Assembly: GCA_037386965.1 (NCBI GenBank) | Contig: JARRLN010000004.1 | Span: 197-64,196, forward strand | From: Nitrospirota bacterium | GTDB taxonomy: Bacteria; Nitrospirota; Thermodesulfovibrionia; Thermodesulfovibrionales; JdFR-86 | Direction of reading: 5' to 3' | DNA: 64,000 nt | Shown: positions 52,812-63,007 of the stretch, in pieces | How positions within the stretch are numbered: the stretch's first letter is position 1 | Layout of the letters: the number at the start of each line of letters is the position of its first letter | Program-made: the position numbers and the translations under genes | The notes under the pieces: generated by a model | What the model saw: the letters and a program-made list of their open reading frames with translations, nothing else | Databases searched by the model: none | What the model was told of the DNA's origin: nothing

Positions 52812-54566
52812 CTACGCCGTGGCGTCTTCGGCCCTGAGAAGGACGGTCACGGTGGTGCCGTGGCCCACCTGGCTTCGGAAGGCCATCTCCCAGCCGTGGG
52901 CCTTCACCAGGTGCTTGACGATGGCCAGCCCCAGGCCCGTGCCCCCGAGCTTCCGGGAGCGGGAGGGGTCCACGCGGTAGAAGCGCTCCCCCAGGCGGCG
53001 TATGTGCTGGGGGGCGACGCCGATGCCGGTGTCCTCTACGGCGATAAAGGGGCGTCCGTCCCCGGCCAGGCCGGCCCTGACGGTGACCCCTCCCCGGTCG
53101 GTGAACTTTATGGCGTTGTCCACCAGGTTCGTCAGTATCTGGATGAGCCGGTCCCGGTCGGCCCGCACCTGCCGGGCCCCCTCCGCGACGGACTGCGCGA
53201 GCGAAAGCCCCTTGTCCTTTGCCCGCCCGGCCAGGTTCTCCAGGACGTGCTCCAGAACGTCGCCGAGGTCCACGGGGCGCTTCTGCACCTTGATGACGCC
53301 CAGCTCTATCTTCGATATGGTCATGAGGTCGTCCACCAGGGTGTTGATGCGTTCGCTGTTGGAGGAGATGATGCCCAGGAACTTCCGGGCGTTCTCCTCG
53401 TCCTCCAGGGCCCCCATGAGGAGGGTGTCGGCAAAGCCCTTGATGGAGGCGATGGGGGTCTTCAGCTCGTGCGAGAGGTTTGCGACGAAGTCCTTCCTGA
53501 CCTGCTCGAGCTTCTTTATCTGGGTGATGTCGTGGAAGATGGCCACCAGGCCCGGGGGCTCCTCCTCATCGTAGAGCAGGGGGGAGACCTTGACGGTCAC
53601 GTACTTTTCCTCCGGGTAATCCAGCGTGAACTCCAGGTCCTCGGTGGCCCTGCTCCGGCGCACGCGGTCCAGCATGGCGAAGAACTCGGGGCTCCGCACG
53701 ACCTCCGCAAGGGGCCTTTGCGCCACGGGAGAGACGCCGAAGAAGTTCCGGGAGGCCGCCGAGGACATGACGATGTCGTCCTCGGGGCTCACGATGAGGA
53801 GGGCGTCGGGGATGCTCCGGAGGATGACGTTCAGCCGCTCGTACTCCTCCTTGCCCTGGGCAATGGTCTCCCGGAGGCGTCCGGCCATGGTGTTGAGGTT
53901 CTCGGCTATCTCGCCGAAGTCGCCGCCCTCTTTCAGCGTGAGCCGCCGCTCCAGGTTCCCCCGGGCGAGGGCCCGGGTAAACCGGGTTACGTCCCTCACC
54001 AGGCGCTGCAGCCGCCCGGTCTGCACGATGGAGACCCCCCCGGTCACGAGGAACACCAGGGCGAAGGCGATGAGGAGTTTCATCCTGAGCCTGTTGACCG
54101 ACGCGTTTACCTCCCGAAGCGGCACGGAGAGGCGGATGAAGCCGAGGGTCCGGCCGGCTTCTTCCACGCGGAGGGCCGAGAAAAGGGCCTCTTGCCCGTC
54201 CACAGAGGTGCGCACCGCATACCCCGAGCCCGCAAACAGGGCCTCCTTCAGCTCGGGGTCCGTAAGCACCTTCCGCCCGCGGACCCCCCGGTCCGAATCG
54301 GCCAGGATGGTGCCGTCCGGGGCGATGATGCTCAGCCGGGCGCCGGTCTTCTCATGCACCATCCGGACCAGCCGCTCCCGGTCGGCCTCCGGCCCGAAGG
54401 GCTCCAGGCTCGCCGCCAGGGAGGCGTGCATCCGGAGGGTCTGGGCCAGCTCCTCTATGCGGGTTTCCCTGACCACATGCGTGACGTAGACCAGGGCGAC
54501 CAGGAGGCCCAGGACGAGGACCAGCGCATAGACGTTGAAAATCCTGCTGAAGACCCCCTTCCTCAC
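52812..54566 (-). CDS. phoR: Phosphate regulon sensor histidine kinase PhoR
   Basis: Two TM helices, HAMP, PAS, H-box FVANLSHELKTP, and HATPase (DNAIKF, DTGIGV, GGTGLGLAIVK). Adjacent to phoB and pst. Confidence 0.9.
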   Translation of the reverse strand: MRKGVFSRIFNVYALVLVLGLLVALVYVTHVVRETRIEELAQTLRMHASLAASLEPFGPEADRERLVRMVHEKTGARLSIIAPDGTILADSDRGVRGRKVLTDPELKEALFAGSGYAVRTSVDGQEALFSALRVEEAGRTLGFIRLSVPLREVNASVNRLRMKLLIAFALVFLVTGGVSIVQTGRLQRLVRDVTRFTRALARGNLERRLTLKEGGDFGEIAENLNTMAGRLRETIAQGKEEYERLNVILRSIPDALLIVSPEDDIVMSSAASRNFFGVSPVAQRPLAEVVRSPEFFAMLDRVRRSRATEDLEFTLDYPEEKYVTVKVSPLLYDEEEPPGLVAIFHDITQIKKLEQVRKDFVANLSHELKTPIASIKGFADTLLMGALEDEENARKFLGIISSNSERINTLVDDLMTISKIELGVIKVQKRPVDLGDVLEHVLENLAGRAKDKGLSLAQSVAEGARQVRADRDRLIQILTNLVDNAIKFTDRGGVTVRAGLAGDGRPFIAVEDTGIGVAPQHIRRLGERFYRVDPSRSRKLGGTGLGLAIVKHLVKAHGWEMAFRSQVGHGTTVTVLLRAEDATA

Positions 54567-55267
54567 GGGCCCGCCTCGAAGTAATACCCGATTCCCCTCC
54601 GGGTCTTTACGTACCGGGGGTCCGAGGGGTCGTCCTCGATATGGGCCCGGAGACGCCGCACATGGACGTCCACGGTGCGGGGCTCCACGTAGCCCTCGTC
54701 CTTCCAGACGGCGTCCAGGAGCTGCTGGCGGGTGAAGACCCTGCCGGGGCGCTCGGCCATGTACGAAAGAAGACGGAACTCCGTGGCGCTCAGGTCCACG
54801 GGCTTTCCCTTCTTGGTCACCCGGTAGGTCTCCCTGTTGATGGTGAGGTCTCCGGCCACCAGGGTCGCCTCCCCGCCGGGGACCTTCTCGCCCGCGCGCC
54901 TCAGGACCGCCTTCACCCGGGCCACCAGCTCCCGGGGGCTGAAGGGCTTGGTCACGTAGTCGTCGGCCCCGAGCTCCAGGCCCAGGACACGGTCGACCTC
55001 CTCGGTGCGGGCCGTCAGCATGATGACCGGCAGGGAGCGGGTGGCCTCGCCGCCCCGGAGGATGCGGCAGAGCTCCGTGCCCTGGATGCCCGGGAGCATG
55101 ATGTCCAGGACCACCAGGTCGTATCCGCCGGCCCTGAGCATCCGGAGGGCGTCCTCGCCGTTTGAGGCCGAAGAGACCTCGAAGCCCTCCTTCCGGAGGT
55201 TATAGGCGATGAGCTCCACCAGGTCGGGCTCGTCGTCCACGACCAGTATCTTGGCCTTTGGAGACAC
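54563..55267 (-). CDS. phoB: Phosphate regulon response regulator PhoB (OmpR family)
   Basis: C-terminal 234 aa of ORF 54563..55690. GTG 55267 (VSPKAKILVVDDEPD). REC domain plus a winged helix (LSATEFRLL, TVDVHVRRLR). The start codon is uncertain. Confidence 0.88.
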   Translation of the reverse strand: MSPKAKILVVDDEPDLVELIAYNLRKEGFEVSSASNGEDALRMLRAGGYDLVVLDIMLPGIQGTELCRILRGGEATRSLPVIMLTARTEEVDRVLGLELGADDYVTKPFSPRELVARVKAVLRRAGEKVPGGEATLVAGDLTINRETYRVTKKGKPVDLSATEFRLLSYMAERPGRVFTRQQLLDAVWKDEGYVEPRTVDVHVRRLRAHIEDDPSDPRYVKTRRGIGYYFEAGP

Positions 55268-55298
55268 GTTGTTCTTATAACACTTTTCTCCGGGGGAT

Positions 55299-56234
55299 TC
55301 AATCCGGACGGGCCAGGGCGTCCAGGCGCTCCAGGGCCTCGCGCATGTCCGCGGGCACCGGGGCCGAGAACTCCACGCGCCCGCCGGTCGCCGGATGCCT
55401 GAAGCCCAGGAGCGCGGCATGGAGCATCTGCCGGGGGAAGAAGACCCTTTCCCCCCTGATGTCCAGGGACGTCTTCCGCCCGTAGACGCGGTCCCCCAGA
55501 ACGGGATGGCCCACCGAGGCGAAATGCACCCGTATCTGGTGCGTCCTGCCCGTGGCCAGGCGGACCTCCAGGAGCGTGGCGAACCCGTAAGAGCGGAGGG
55601 CCCGCCAGGCAGTGCGCGCCTCCCTCCTCTGGCGGGACCGGGTGGACATCTTCTTCCGGTCCTTCTCGGAGCGCCCGATAGGCATGTCAATCTCTCCCTC
55701 CTCGCCCATGTCGCCGAGGACCAGGGCCCTGTAGCTCCGCGTGGTCTCCCGGCTCCGGAACTGCTCCACCAAGTCGTAATACGCCCGGCTGCTCCTGGCC
55801 ACGACCATGACCCCGGAGGTATCCCTGTCCAGGCGGTGCACCACCCCGGGCCTGAGCGGCCCTCCCACAGGGGCCAGGCCGCCCACGCGATAAAGGAGGG
55901 CGTTCATGAGCGTTCCGGTGGGATGGCCCGCGGCGGGGTAGACCACGAGCCCCGGGGGCTTGTTGACGACCACCACGTCGTCGTCGGCAAAGAGGATTTC
56001 CACCGGGATGTCCTCGGGAACAAGCTCTTCCGGCGGGGGCGCGGGCACCGAGACCTCGATGCGGTCGCCCTCGCGGACCCTGTAGCTTGCCCGCACGGGC
56101 CGCCCGCCCACCAGAACGCCGCCCTCCTCGATGAGGTGCTTGATGCGGGAGCGGGTCAGCCCGTCCTTGCGCTCGGAAAGAAACCGGTCGATGCGCTCCC
56201 CCTCCTCTCCGGGGGCGACGACGAGGCGGGCCAC
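55299..56234 (-). CDS. rluD: RluA-family 23S rRNA pseudouridine synthase RluD
   Basis: S4 domain followed by HRLDRDTSGVMVVA and GRTHQIRVH motifs. Confidence 0.92.
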   Translation of the reverse strand: MARLVVAPGEEGERIDRFLSERKDGLTRSRIKHLIEEGGVLVGGRPVRASYRVREGDRIEVSVPAPPPEELVPEDIPVEILFADDDVVVVNKPPGLVVYPAAGHPTGTLMNALLYRVGGLAPVGGPLRPGVVHRLDRDTSGVMVVARSSRAYYDLVEQFRSRETTRSYRALVLGDMGEEGEIDMPIGRSEKDRKKMSTRSRQRREARTAWRALRSYGFATLLEVRLATGRTHQIRVHFASVGHPVLGDRVYGRKTSLDIRGERVFFPRQMLHAALLGFRHPATGGRVEFSAPVPADMREALERLDALARPD

Positions 56235-56236
56235 CC

Positions 56237-57097
56237 TCAGATGTCCCTGTGAGCGACCTGCACGGTGAAAGGCCCGTCTTTCATGCGTGAGGCCATCTCC
56301 TCGGCCAGGGCGATGGAACGGTGGCGTCCTCCCGTGCAGCCGATGCCCACGGTGAGGTAGCTCTTGCCTTCCTTGCGGTACTGGGGGATGAGGTACTCCA
56401 GGAGGGCGCCGAGCCGGGTGAGGAACTCCTCCGTCTCGGGCTTCCCCAGGACGAAGTCGCGCACGGGCCCGTCCTTGCCGGTGAGGTCCTTGAGCTCGGG
56501 GACGAAGTGCGGGTTGGGCAGAAACCGCACGTCAAAGACCAGGTCCACGCTCTGGGGGACGCCGTACTTGAAACCGAAGCTGAGGAGGGTCACGTTCATC
56601 CCTCCGGCCGGGGCCCCCTCCGCGGCGTACAGGGACATGACGTGCCGGCGGAGCTGGTGCGGGGTGAAGGAGGAGGTGTCGATGACCGCGTCGGCCAGGT
56701 CCCTGAGGGGCTCCAGGAGCTCCTTCTCCCGGGAGATGGCCTCCGGGAGGCCGTCCATCTCGGGAGCCATGAGGGGATGGGGGCGGCGGGTCTCCTTGAA
56801 TCGCCTGAGCAGGACGTCCTGGTCGGCCTCCAGAAAGACGATGCTCAGTGCGTATTTCTCTCGCAGGGCGGGGAGCCGGGAGGTAAGGACGTGGAGAAAC
56901 TCCTTCCTCCTGATGTCGATGCCCACGGCGATGCGGGCGGCGTGGCCGTCCCCGCCGGTGATGGTGGCGGCAAAGGACTCGATGAGCTGCGGGGGAAGGT
57001 TGTCCACCGAGGTGTAGCCGCCGTCCTCGATGGCCCTCAAGGCCACTGTCTTGCCCGAACCGGAAAGCCCCGTTATGATGACGATGGTCGGCTTCAC
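56237..57097 (-). CDS. rapZ: RNase adapter protein RapZ (YhbJ)
   Basis: ITGLSGSGKT Walker A, DVRFLPNP, and GCTGGRHRS motifs. Confidence 0.93.
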   Translation of the reverse strand: MKPTIVIITGLSGSGKTVALRAIEDGGYTSVDNLPPQLIESFAATITGGDGHAARIAVGIDIRRKEFLHVLTSRLPALREKYALSIVFLEADQDVLLRRFKETRRPHPLMAPEMDGLPEAISREKELLEPLRDLADAVIDTSSFTPHQLRRHVMSLYAAEGAPAGGMNVTLLSFGFKYGVPQSVDLVFDVRFLPNPHFVPELKDLTGKDGPVRDFVLGKPETEEFLTRLGALLEYLIPQYRKEGKSYLTVGIGCTGGRHRSIALAEEMASRMKDGPFTVQVAHRDI

Positions 57098-57128
57098 GCG
57101 AAAGCGCCCGGCACCCCCTCGGTCCCGG

Positions 57129-57674
57129 TCACTTGTGGACCGGCTCGATGAGCCCGAAATTGCCGTCGCCGCGCTTGTAGATGACGTTGACGTCCCCGCT
57201 TTCGGAGTTGGTGAAGACGAAGAAGCTCCTCTCCGCGCCGTCCAGCTCCAGGGCGGCCTCGTCCGGGGCCATGGGCTTGGTGGCGAACTGCCTGCGCTCT
57301 ATGATGACGCCGGTCTCCGGGGGGGTTGCGGCCTGGACGGCGGCGGCCGCGCTGCTGGCCTCCACCCGCCCCACGTTCTCCGCCCGGCGGCGATCCTTGA
57401 GCTTCTCCTTCAATTTCTTGACCTGCTTGTCCAGCTTGTCGGAAACCTCGTCTATGGAGGAATAGAGCTCCTCGGTAACCCCCTCGGCCTGAAGGAGAAT
57501 GCCGTTGGCCTTGATGAGGACCTCGGCCTTGTGCATGTATTTCTGGATGCTCAGAGTGACCACGGCCTCCGTAATGTTGGAGAGGTACCTCTCGAACTTC
57601 CCGATTTTTTCCTCGGCGTACTTTCTGAGGGCGGGCGTCACGTCCACGTTGCGTCCATTGACGACGATGTTCAT
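57129..57674 (-). CDS. hpf: Ribosome hibernation promoting factor, long form (181 aa)
   Basis: C-terminal part of ORF 57129..58619. ATG 57674 follows GGAGGG. MNIVVNGRNVDVTPALRKYAEEK N-terminus and a long-HPF dimerisation C-terminus (FFVFTN...VNVIYKR). Confidence 0.92.
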   Translation of the reverse strand: MNIVVNGRNVDVTPALRKYAEEKIGKFERYLSNITEAVVTLSIQKYMHKAEVLIKANGILLQAEGVTEELYSSIDEVSDKLDKQVKKLKEKLKDRRRAENVGRVEASSAAAAVQAATPPETGVIIERRQFATKPMAPDEAALELDGAERSFFVFTNSESGDVNVIYKRGDGNFGLIEPVHK

Positions 57675-57691
57675 AGGTCCCTCCTTCACCG

Positions 57692-59149
57692 TTAGTCCAT
57701 CTTTTTTCTCATGTTCTGGGCAGCGATGTTCAGCTCGTCGCGGTACTTGGCCACGGTCCTCCGGGCAACGGAGATGTTCAGCTCCTTGAGCATGTCGGAG
57801 ACCTTCTGGTCGCTCAGGGGCTTGCGGGGGTCCTCCTCGCCGATGATCTTGCGTATCATGTCCTTGACCGAGGTGGAGGAAACGCTGCCGGCTCCGTTGT
57901 CGCTGCGCACCCCGCTGGAGAAGAAGTAGCGGAAGCCGAAGAGGCCGTGGGTGCATGAAAGGTACTTGTTCGAGGTGGCGCGCGATATGGTGGACTCGTG
58001 CATGTCCAGGTCCTGGGCCACGTCCCTGAGGTTCAGGGGCTTCATCTGCGAGACTCCCTTGTCGAAGAAGTCCCGCTGAAACTTCAGGATGCTCTCCGTC
58101 ACGCGGTAGATCGTCTTGTTCCGCTGGTCCAGGCTCTTCAGGAGCCAGACCGCCGAGCGGAGGCGCTCGTTCAGGTACTCCTTCTCCTCCCGGCTCAGGG
58201 TGTTCTTCTGCACCAGGAGCTTCCTGTAGTAGCTGTTTATCCGTATGTTGGGAATGCTGTCGTCGTTGAGGATGATGCGGAAGTCCTCCCCGTCGGGGAC
58301 GACGAAGACGTCGGGCTTGATGTAGACGGGCTGGCCGCTGGAAAACCCCCTGCCGGGCTTGGGCTCGAGGCCCTCGATGACCTTGAGGGCGCCTCTTATC
58401 TCCTCCAGGGAGCAGCCGTACTCGGTTGCCAGGCGCTGGTAGCGCCGCTTCTCGATGTCCGGCAGGTTCTTGCGGATGAGGTTTTCCACCAGGGTGCCCT
58501 CCAGCTCCAGGGGCCTCAGCTGAAGGAGCAGGCACTCCTTCAGGTCGCGCGCCCCCACCCCCGGGGGGTCGAACGTCTGCACCAGCCGGACGGCCTTCTC
58601 CGCCGTCTCCGGCGGGCACTCGGCGAACCGGCCGACGTCCTCCGCGGAGGCCACCAGGTAGCCGTTTTCGTCGATGTTGCCGATGACCACCTCGGCCGCC
58701 GCCCTGACGTCCTCCGGGGCGGTGGAGAAGCGAACCTGCCAGTTCAGGTGATCGTACAGGTCGGTGCCCTGGCTGACGTACTGCTCCAGGGACTGCGTGG
58801 CCGCTGTGTCCACGTCGGGGGCGAAGTATCCCAGGTCGCGCCCGTCGTAGCTTCTGTTGTCGAAGTACTCGTCGGTGCTGCCGAAGCCCATGAGCCTCTC
58901 CAGGGGGGCCTCCGCATCCTCGGCCCCGGGGGCATAGGGCTCCTCCTCGGACACCTCGTTGCGGTCCTGCTCCGGCGGGGATTCTTCCGCGGCTTCTTCC
59001 AGGAAGGGGTTTTCGACCAGCTCGTTATTGAGCATCTGGGAGAGTTCGAGCTGGGGAAGCTGCAGAAGCTTGATGGCCTGCTGAAGCTGAGGGGTAAGTA
59101 TCAGCTTCTGCATCATCTTGACTTCCAGCCTGTGCTCCAGAGCAGCCAT
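57692..59149 (-). CDS. rpoN: RNA polymerase sigma-54 factor
   Basis: LKMMQKLILTPQLQQAIKLLQL region I and the RpoN box ARRTVAKYR. Confidence 0.96.
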   Translation of the reverse strand: MAALEHRLEVKMMQKLILTPQLQQAIKLLQLPQLELSQMLNNELVENPFLEEAAEESPPEQDRNEVSEEEPYAPGAEDAEAPLERLMGFGSTDEYFDNRSYDGRDLGYFAPDVDTAATQSLEQYVSQGTDLYDHLNWQVRFSTAPEDVRAAAEVVIGNIDENGYLVASAEDVGRFAECPPETAEKAVRLVQTFDPPGVGARDLKECLLLQLRPLELEGTLVENLIRKNLPDIEKRRYQRLATEYGCSLEEIRGALKVIEGLEPKPGRGFSSGQPVYIKPDVFVVPDGEDFRIILNDDSIPNIRINSYYRKLLVQKNTLSREEKEYLNERLRSAVWLLKSLDQRNKTIYRVTESILKFQRDFFDKGVSQMKPLNLRDVAQDLDMHESTISRATSNKYLSCTHGLFGFRYFFSSGVRSDNGAGSVSSTSVKDMIRKIIGEEDPRKPLSDQKVSDMLKELNISVARRTVAKYRDELNIAAQNMRKKMD

Positions 59150-59871
59150 TAGAGGCAGAACTCCTTTCCCAGATAGACGTCCTTTACCTTCGCGTTGGCC
59201 ACCAGCCTTTCGGGGGAACCTTCGTCCAGTATCTCTCCCTCGCTCAGGATATACGCCCTGTCCGTTATGGAGAGTGTATCCCTCACGTTATGGTCCGTGA
59301 TGAGAACGCCCAGTCCCCTTTCCCTAAGATATTCTAACATCTTTTTGAGCTCTATTATAGCGATGGGGTCTATCCCGGCGAAGGGCTCGTCAAAGAGGAT
59401 GAACTTCGGTTCCGTGGCGATGGCCCGCGCTATTTCGGTGCGCCGGCGCTCCCCGCCGGAAAGGTACGCCCCCTGCCTCTCGGCGAACCTCCGGAGGTCG
59501 TACTCCTCAAGGAGCTCCTCGATGCGGGCCTCCACCTCCGCGTGGGGGAGCCCCTTGATTTCCAGCACGGCCCGCAGGTTGTCGCGCACCGAGAGCTTCC
59601 TGAAGATGGAAGGCTCCTGGGGCAGGTAGCTGATGCCCTTCAGGGCCCTGCGGTACATGGGCAGACGGCCTATCTCCTCCCCGTCCAGGGCGACGCTTCC
59701 CTCATCGGGGGCGACCATGCCGGTGACGATGTAAAACGTCGTGGTCTTCCCCGCGCCGTTGGGCCCCAGGAGACCCACGATCTCCCCCGAGGAGACCGCA
59801 ACGCTCACGTCCGTGAGCACCCTGCGGCCGCCATAGGTCTTGGAGAGCCCGGAGGCCAGGAGGCGGTGCAT
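59149..59871 (-). CDS. lptB: LPS export ABC transporter ATP-binding protein LptB
   Basis: GPNGAGKTT, LSGGERRRTEIAR, ILFDEPFAGIDP. Synteny lptCAB-rpoN. Confidence 0.94.
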   Translation of the reverse strand: MHRLLASGLSKTYGGRRVLTDVSVAVSSGEIVGLLGPNGAGKTTTFYIVTGMVAPDEGSVALDGEEIGRLPMYRRALKGISYLPQEPSIFRKLSVRDNLRAVLEIKGLPHAEVEARIEELLEEYDLRRFAERQGAYLSGGERRRTEIARAIATEPKFILFDEPFAGIDPIAIIELKKMLEYLRERGLGVLITDHNVRDTLSITDRAYILSEGEILDEGSPERLVANAKVKDVYLGKEFCL

Positions 59872-59872
59872 C

Positions 59873-60370
59873 TCAGTCGTCCTCCGCGGGCGGGGCGTCC
59901 TTGCCCTCGAGGAAGACCCGGCTGTCCTGGACCACGAACCTGTCCTCGGCCATCATGTAGGTCATCCTGGTCCCCGTCACCACGCTCTGGCCTTCCACGG
60001 CGCGGGGGTTTCCGGTGAAGACGGCCGTCTGGTCCCGGGCGGTGTAGACCGCGTGCTCCGCGGTCACCACCTGCCCGCCCCGGATGAGCTTGACAGCGCC
60101 TTCCGCGTCGATTTTCCGGACGCCGCCGTCCTCGGCGTAGAAGACCGTCATCCGGTCGGCCATGAGGGTCATCTCCTCGCTCTTGGCCACCACGGAGCCC
60201 TCGAAGTGGGCCACCCCGGCCTTCTGGTCGGCCGAAAGGCTCTCGGCGGTAATCACGATGGGGCCCTTCCCCAGGGCCTCCCTCTGGGCGCCCCGGGCCG
60301 CCGGCGCAAGGAGCAGCAAGAGAAGCGGAAAAAGGAATACCGCCCTAAAAGAACTCGGCCCTGACGTCAT
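59873..60370 (-). CDS. lptA: LptA / OstA-family periplasmic LPS transport protein
   Basis: Signal peptide and an OstA-like beta-jellyroll pattern. Position between lptC and lptB. Confidence 0.8.
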   Translation of the reverse strand: MTSGPSSFRAVFLFPLLLLLLAPAARGAQREALGKGPIVITAESLSADQKAGVAHFEGSVVAKSEEMTLMADRMTVFYAEDGGVRKIDAEGAVKLIRGGQVVTAEHAVYTARDQTAVFTGNPRAVEGQSVVTGTRMTYMMAEDRFVVQDSRVFLEGKDAPPAEDD

Positions 60371-60842
60371 GGAGCACCTTAACCGTATTTTCTCGGGCTT
60401 CCATTCCCCGCCCCGTCACCCGGAAGCTCCGGGCCGTAAGGAGGACGTCCTGGTCGGTCCGCACGGTGCCGGTCCGGGAATCCACGCGCACGGCGGGGGC
60501 GGTCACAACGAGGTCCCCGGTCTCGGCACGGACCTCGCCGGAGAGGGCGAGGTTGCCCGCGTCGAAATCGTAGACGCCCTCCCGGGCGGCGACCTTCATG
60601 CCGCGCTCCGGAAAGGTAAGCAGGACGCCCCGCATGCGGGCGGCGGCCCCGTCTTGGGCCAGGCGCACCCCCGCGGAAGACAGCCTCCAGCGGCTCTGGC
60701 CGTCCTCCCGGCTGACGATGGTCACATCCCGAAGGAACGAGCCGGTTGCCGCCCCGGCCTCATGCTCCTTCGGCCCCCCGGGGGCCAGCACGATGAGCAC
60801 GGCCAACAAGGCGACACCGAAAAGAACGAGTGCAATCCTCAC
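60345..60842 (-). CDS. lptC: LptC-like LPS export protein
   Basis: Single N-terminal TM helix and a beta-rich periplasmic domain. Position upstream of lptA-lptB. Confidence 0.7.
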   Translation of the reverse strand: MRIALVLFGVALLAVLIVLAPGGPKEHEAGAATGSFLRDVTIVSREDGQSRWRLSSAGVRLAQDGAAARMRGVLLTFPERGMKVAAREGVYDFDAGNLALSGEVRAETGDLVVTAPAVRVDSRTGTVRTDQDVLLTARSFRVTGRGMEARENTVKVLHDVRAEFF

Positions 60843-60896
60843 TAAGGCATTTTATCACAGGGGCCGGAGGGAGGGCTATCAAAAAATGTGCCACCC

Positions 60897-61727
60897 CTAC
60901 CGGAGGCCTTCCCTGAGGGCCCGGAGCATGACGTCATGAGGAGGCTCCCGGCCTGTCCAGAGGGCCGAGGCCAGCACCCCCTGCCAGAGGAGCATCCCCA
61001 GGCCGTTGAACACCTCGCACCCCAGGCGGGCCGCCTCCCTCTGAAGGGGGGTCTCGACGTAGATGAGGTCTCCCACGACCTGCCCTTCCCGGGGAGAGAA
61101 AGGCAGGGGGTCCTCCCCGGGGTGAAGGCCGAGGGGGGTGGCGTTTATGACCATGTCGGCTCCGGGCAGGCTTTCCTCGAGCCTCTCGGGGACCGGCACC
61201 TCCACCCCCCGGACGTCCTTGAGGTCGGCCGCTAGGCGCTCGGCCTTGGGCCTGTCCAGGTCAAAGAGGGCGAGGGAGGCCGCCTCGACGCACAGGTAGT
61301 AGCTTATCGCCCGGGCCGCCCCTCCCGCCCCGACGACGAGGACCTTCTTCCCCGCGGGCTCTATGCCCTTTTCCCCGAGGCTCCGCATGAAGCCCCGCCC
61401 GTCGGTGTTGTGGCCCACGAGCTTTGCCCCCTGCTTGACCACCGTGTTGACCGCGCCGATGAAGGCCGCCTCGCTGTCTATGGTATCCAGAAAGGGCATG
61501 ACGGCCTCCTTGTGCGGGACCGTGACGTTGAGCCCTTCAAGCTCCAGGGCCCGCACGCCCGCCACCGCGTCCCTCAACAGTGCGGGCGGCACGTCGAAGG
61601 CCACATAACAGTAATCCAGGCCCATCCGCTCGAAGGCCGCATTGTGCATCCCGGGCGAGAGGCTGTGGGCCACGGGGTGCCCGATGAGCGCCACCACCCT
61701 GGTCTTTCCGCTTATCGTCATGCGCAA
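60897..61727 (-). CDS. aroE: Shikimate dehydrogenase
   Basis: IGHPVAHSLSP, NVTVPHK, NTDG, and GAGGAARA motifs. Confidence 0.94.
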   Translation of the reverse strand: MRMTISGKTRVVALIGHPVAHSLSPGMHNAAFERMGLDYCYVAFDVPPALLRDAVAGVRALELEGLNVTVPHKEAVMPFLDTIDSEAAFIGAVNTVVKQGAKLVGHNTDGRGFMRSLGEKGIEPAGKKVLVVGAGGAARAISYYLCVEAASLALFDLDRPKAERLAADLKDVRGVEVPVPERLEESLPGADMVINATPLGLHPGEDPLPFSPREGQVVGDLIYVETPLQREAARLGCEVFNGLGMLLWQGVLASALWTGREPPHDVMLRALREGLR

Positions 61728-63007
61728 ACCCCCTTTATCAGTCCTTGCGGCGTGGATTCGACGACAACCACCTTCCTTTTCAGGGCCCGGGCCAGGTCCG
61801 GGACGGCGAGGTCGTCGAGAAAGATCTCATCGCCCTCCCGCAAAAGCACGTCCGGCAGGAGGAGGACGTCGAACCGCTCCCTCAAAGGGGAGGCCGCCGA
61901 GACGACGTCCCGGCCGGTCAGGAGGCCGGCCACCGTGACCGAGGGTCCGAAGAATGCGTTTTCTACCGGGAGGGCCTCCACCCGGTGGCCCTTTTTCCCG
62001 AGCCTTTCGACGAGCCTCCGGAGGAAGGGCTCAAAGGACGTCCCCGTCACGGCGAGAAAGCGCGGAGCCCCCCGCCGCGCACGAGGGATGCGGGCCTTCA
62101 GGGCCTCATCCAGAAACAGCGGCACCATGCCCACCCCGTTAGCAACCTGGGGGAGGTCGCCGTAGCCCTCCAGGGGCGGCAGCTCCCGCCCGGCCTTGAT
62201 GTACAGCTCGTCGGCCCCGTGCACCAGGGGGTCTCCGAGTTCCCTTTTAAACCTTTTCCGGAGGTCCTCGACGATGCCCAGGGCGTCCCGCGCATCCCGG
62301 GCGGCCACGGGGCGGAGCTCCTTTTTCCTGTGGGCGGTAAGCCCCACGGGGACCACGGCCACCGAGAGCAAGGCGGGATAGAGGGAGGCCAGGTCGCGGA
62401 GGGTTCTCTCAAGGCCGGGGCCGTCGTTCAGGCCCGGGCAGAGGACGATCTGTGCGTGCATCCCGATGCGGTGCCGGGCGAAAAAGCGAAGCTCCTGCAT
62501 CACGTCCGGGGCGTCAGGGTTTCCGAGGAGGGCGTTTCTCACCCGGGTGTCCGTGGAGTGGACCGATATGTAAAGCGGGCTCAACCTCTGCCGCACTATG
62601 CGCTCCTTGTCCCCGGCACCGAGGTTGGTAAGGGTGATGTAGTTGCCGTAGAGGAAGGACATGCGGTAGTCCTCGTCCCGCACGTAGAGGCTCCGCCTCA
62701 GGCCCCGGGGAAGCTGGGCCACGAAGCAGAAGACGCACTTGTTCCGGCAGGTGCGCACGGGGAAGGGGCGAAGCTCGATGCCCGGGTCGCCCTCCCCGCC
62801 CATCTCCAGGCGGACCGTCCTCTCCCTGCCACGGCGGGAGACGCACAGGGCGGGGGCCGGGCCGTCGGCGAGGAACATGACGTCGATGGCGTCTGCCACC
62901 GGCTCGCCGTCTATGGCCGTCAGGACGTCGCCGGGGCGGAGCCCCTCCCGGTGGGCCGGGCTTCCCGGCGCGACGGACTCTATGACTGCTCCCCTCTTAC
63001 GCGGCAA
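61718..63007 (-). CDS. PDZ + radical-SAM-like + DUF512 protein (429 aa)
   Basis: N-terminal PDZ (GLRPGDVLTAIDG), CRNKCVFCF cluster motif, and a DUF512-like C-terminus. Confidence 0.8.
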   Translation of the reverse strand: MPRKRGAVIESVAPGSPAHREGLRPGDVLTAIDGEPVADAIDVMFLADGPAPALCVSRRGRERTVRLEMGGEGDPGIELRPFPVRTCRNKCVFCFVAQLPRGLRRSLYVRDEDYRMSFLYGNYITLTNLGAGDKERIVRQRLSPLYISVHSTDTRVRNALLGNPDAPDVMQELRFFARHRIGMHAQIVLCPGLNDGPGLERTLRDLASLYPALLSVAVVPVGLTAHRKKELRPVAARDARDALGIVEDLRKRFKRELGDPLVHGADELYIKAGRELPPLEGYGDLPQVANGVGMVPLFLDEALKARIPRARRGAPRFLAVTGTSFEPFLRRLVERLGKKGHRVEALPVENAFFGPSVTVAGLLTGRDVVSAASPLRERFDVLLLPDVLLREGDEIFLDDLAVPDLARALKRKVVVVESTPQGLIKGVCA

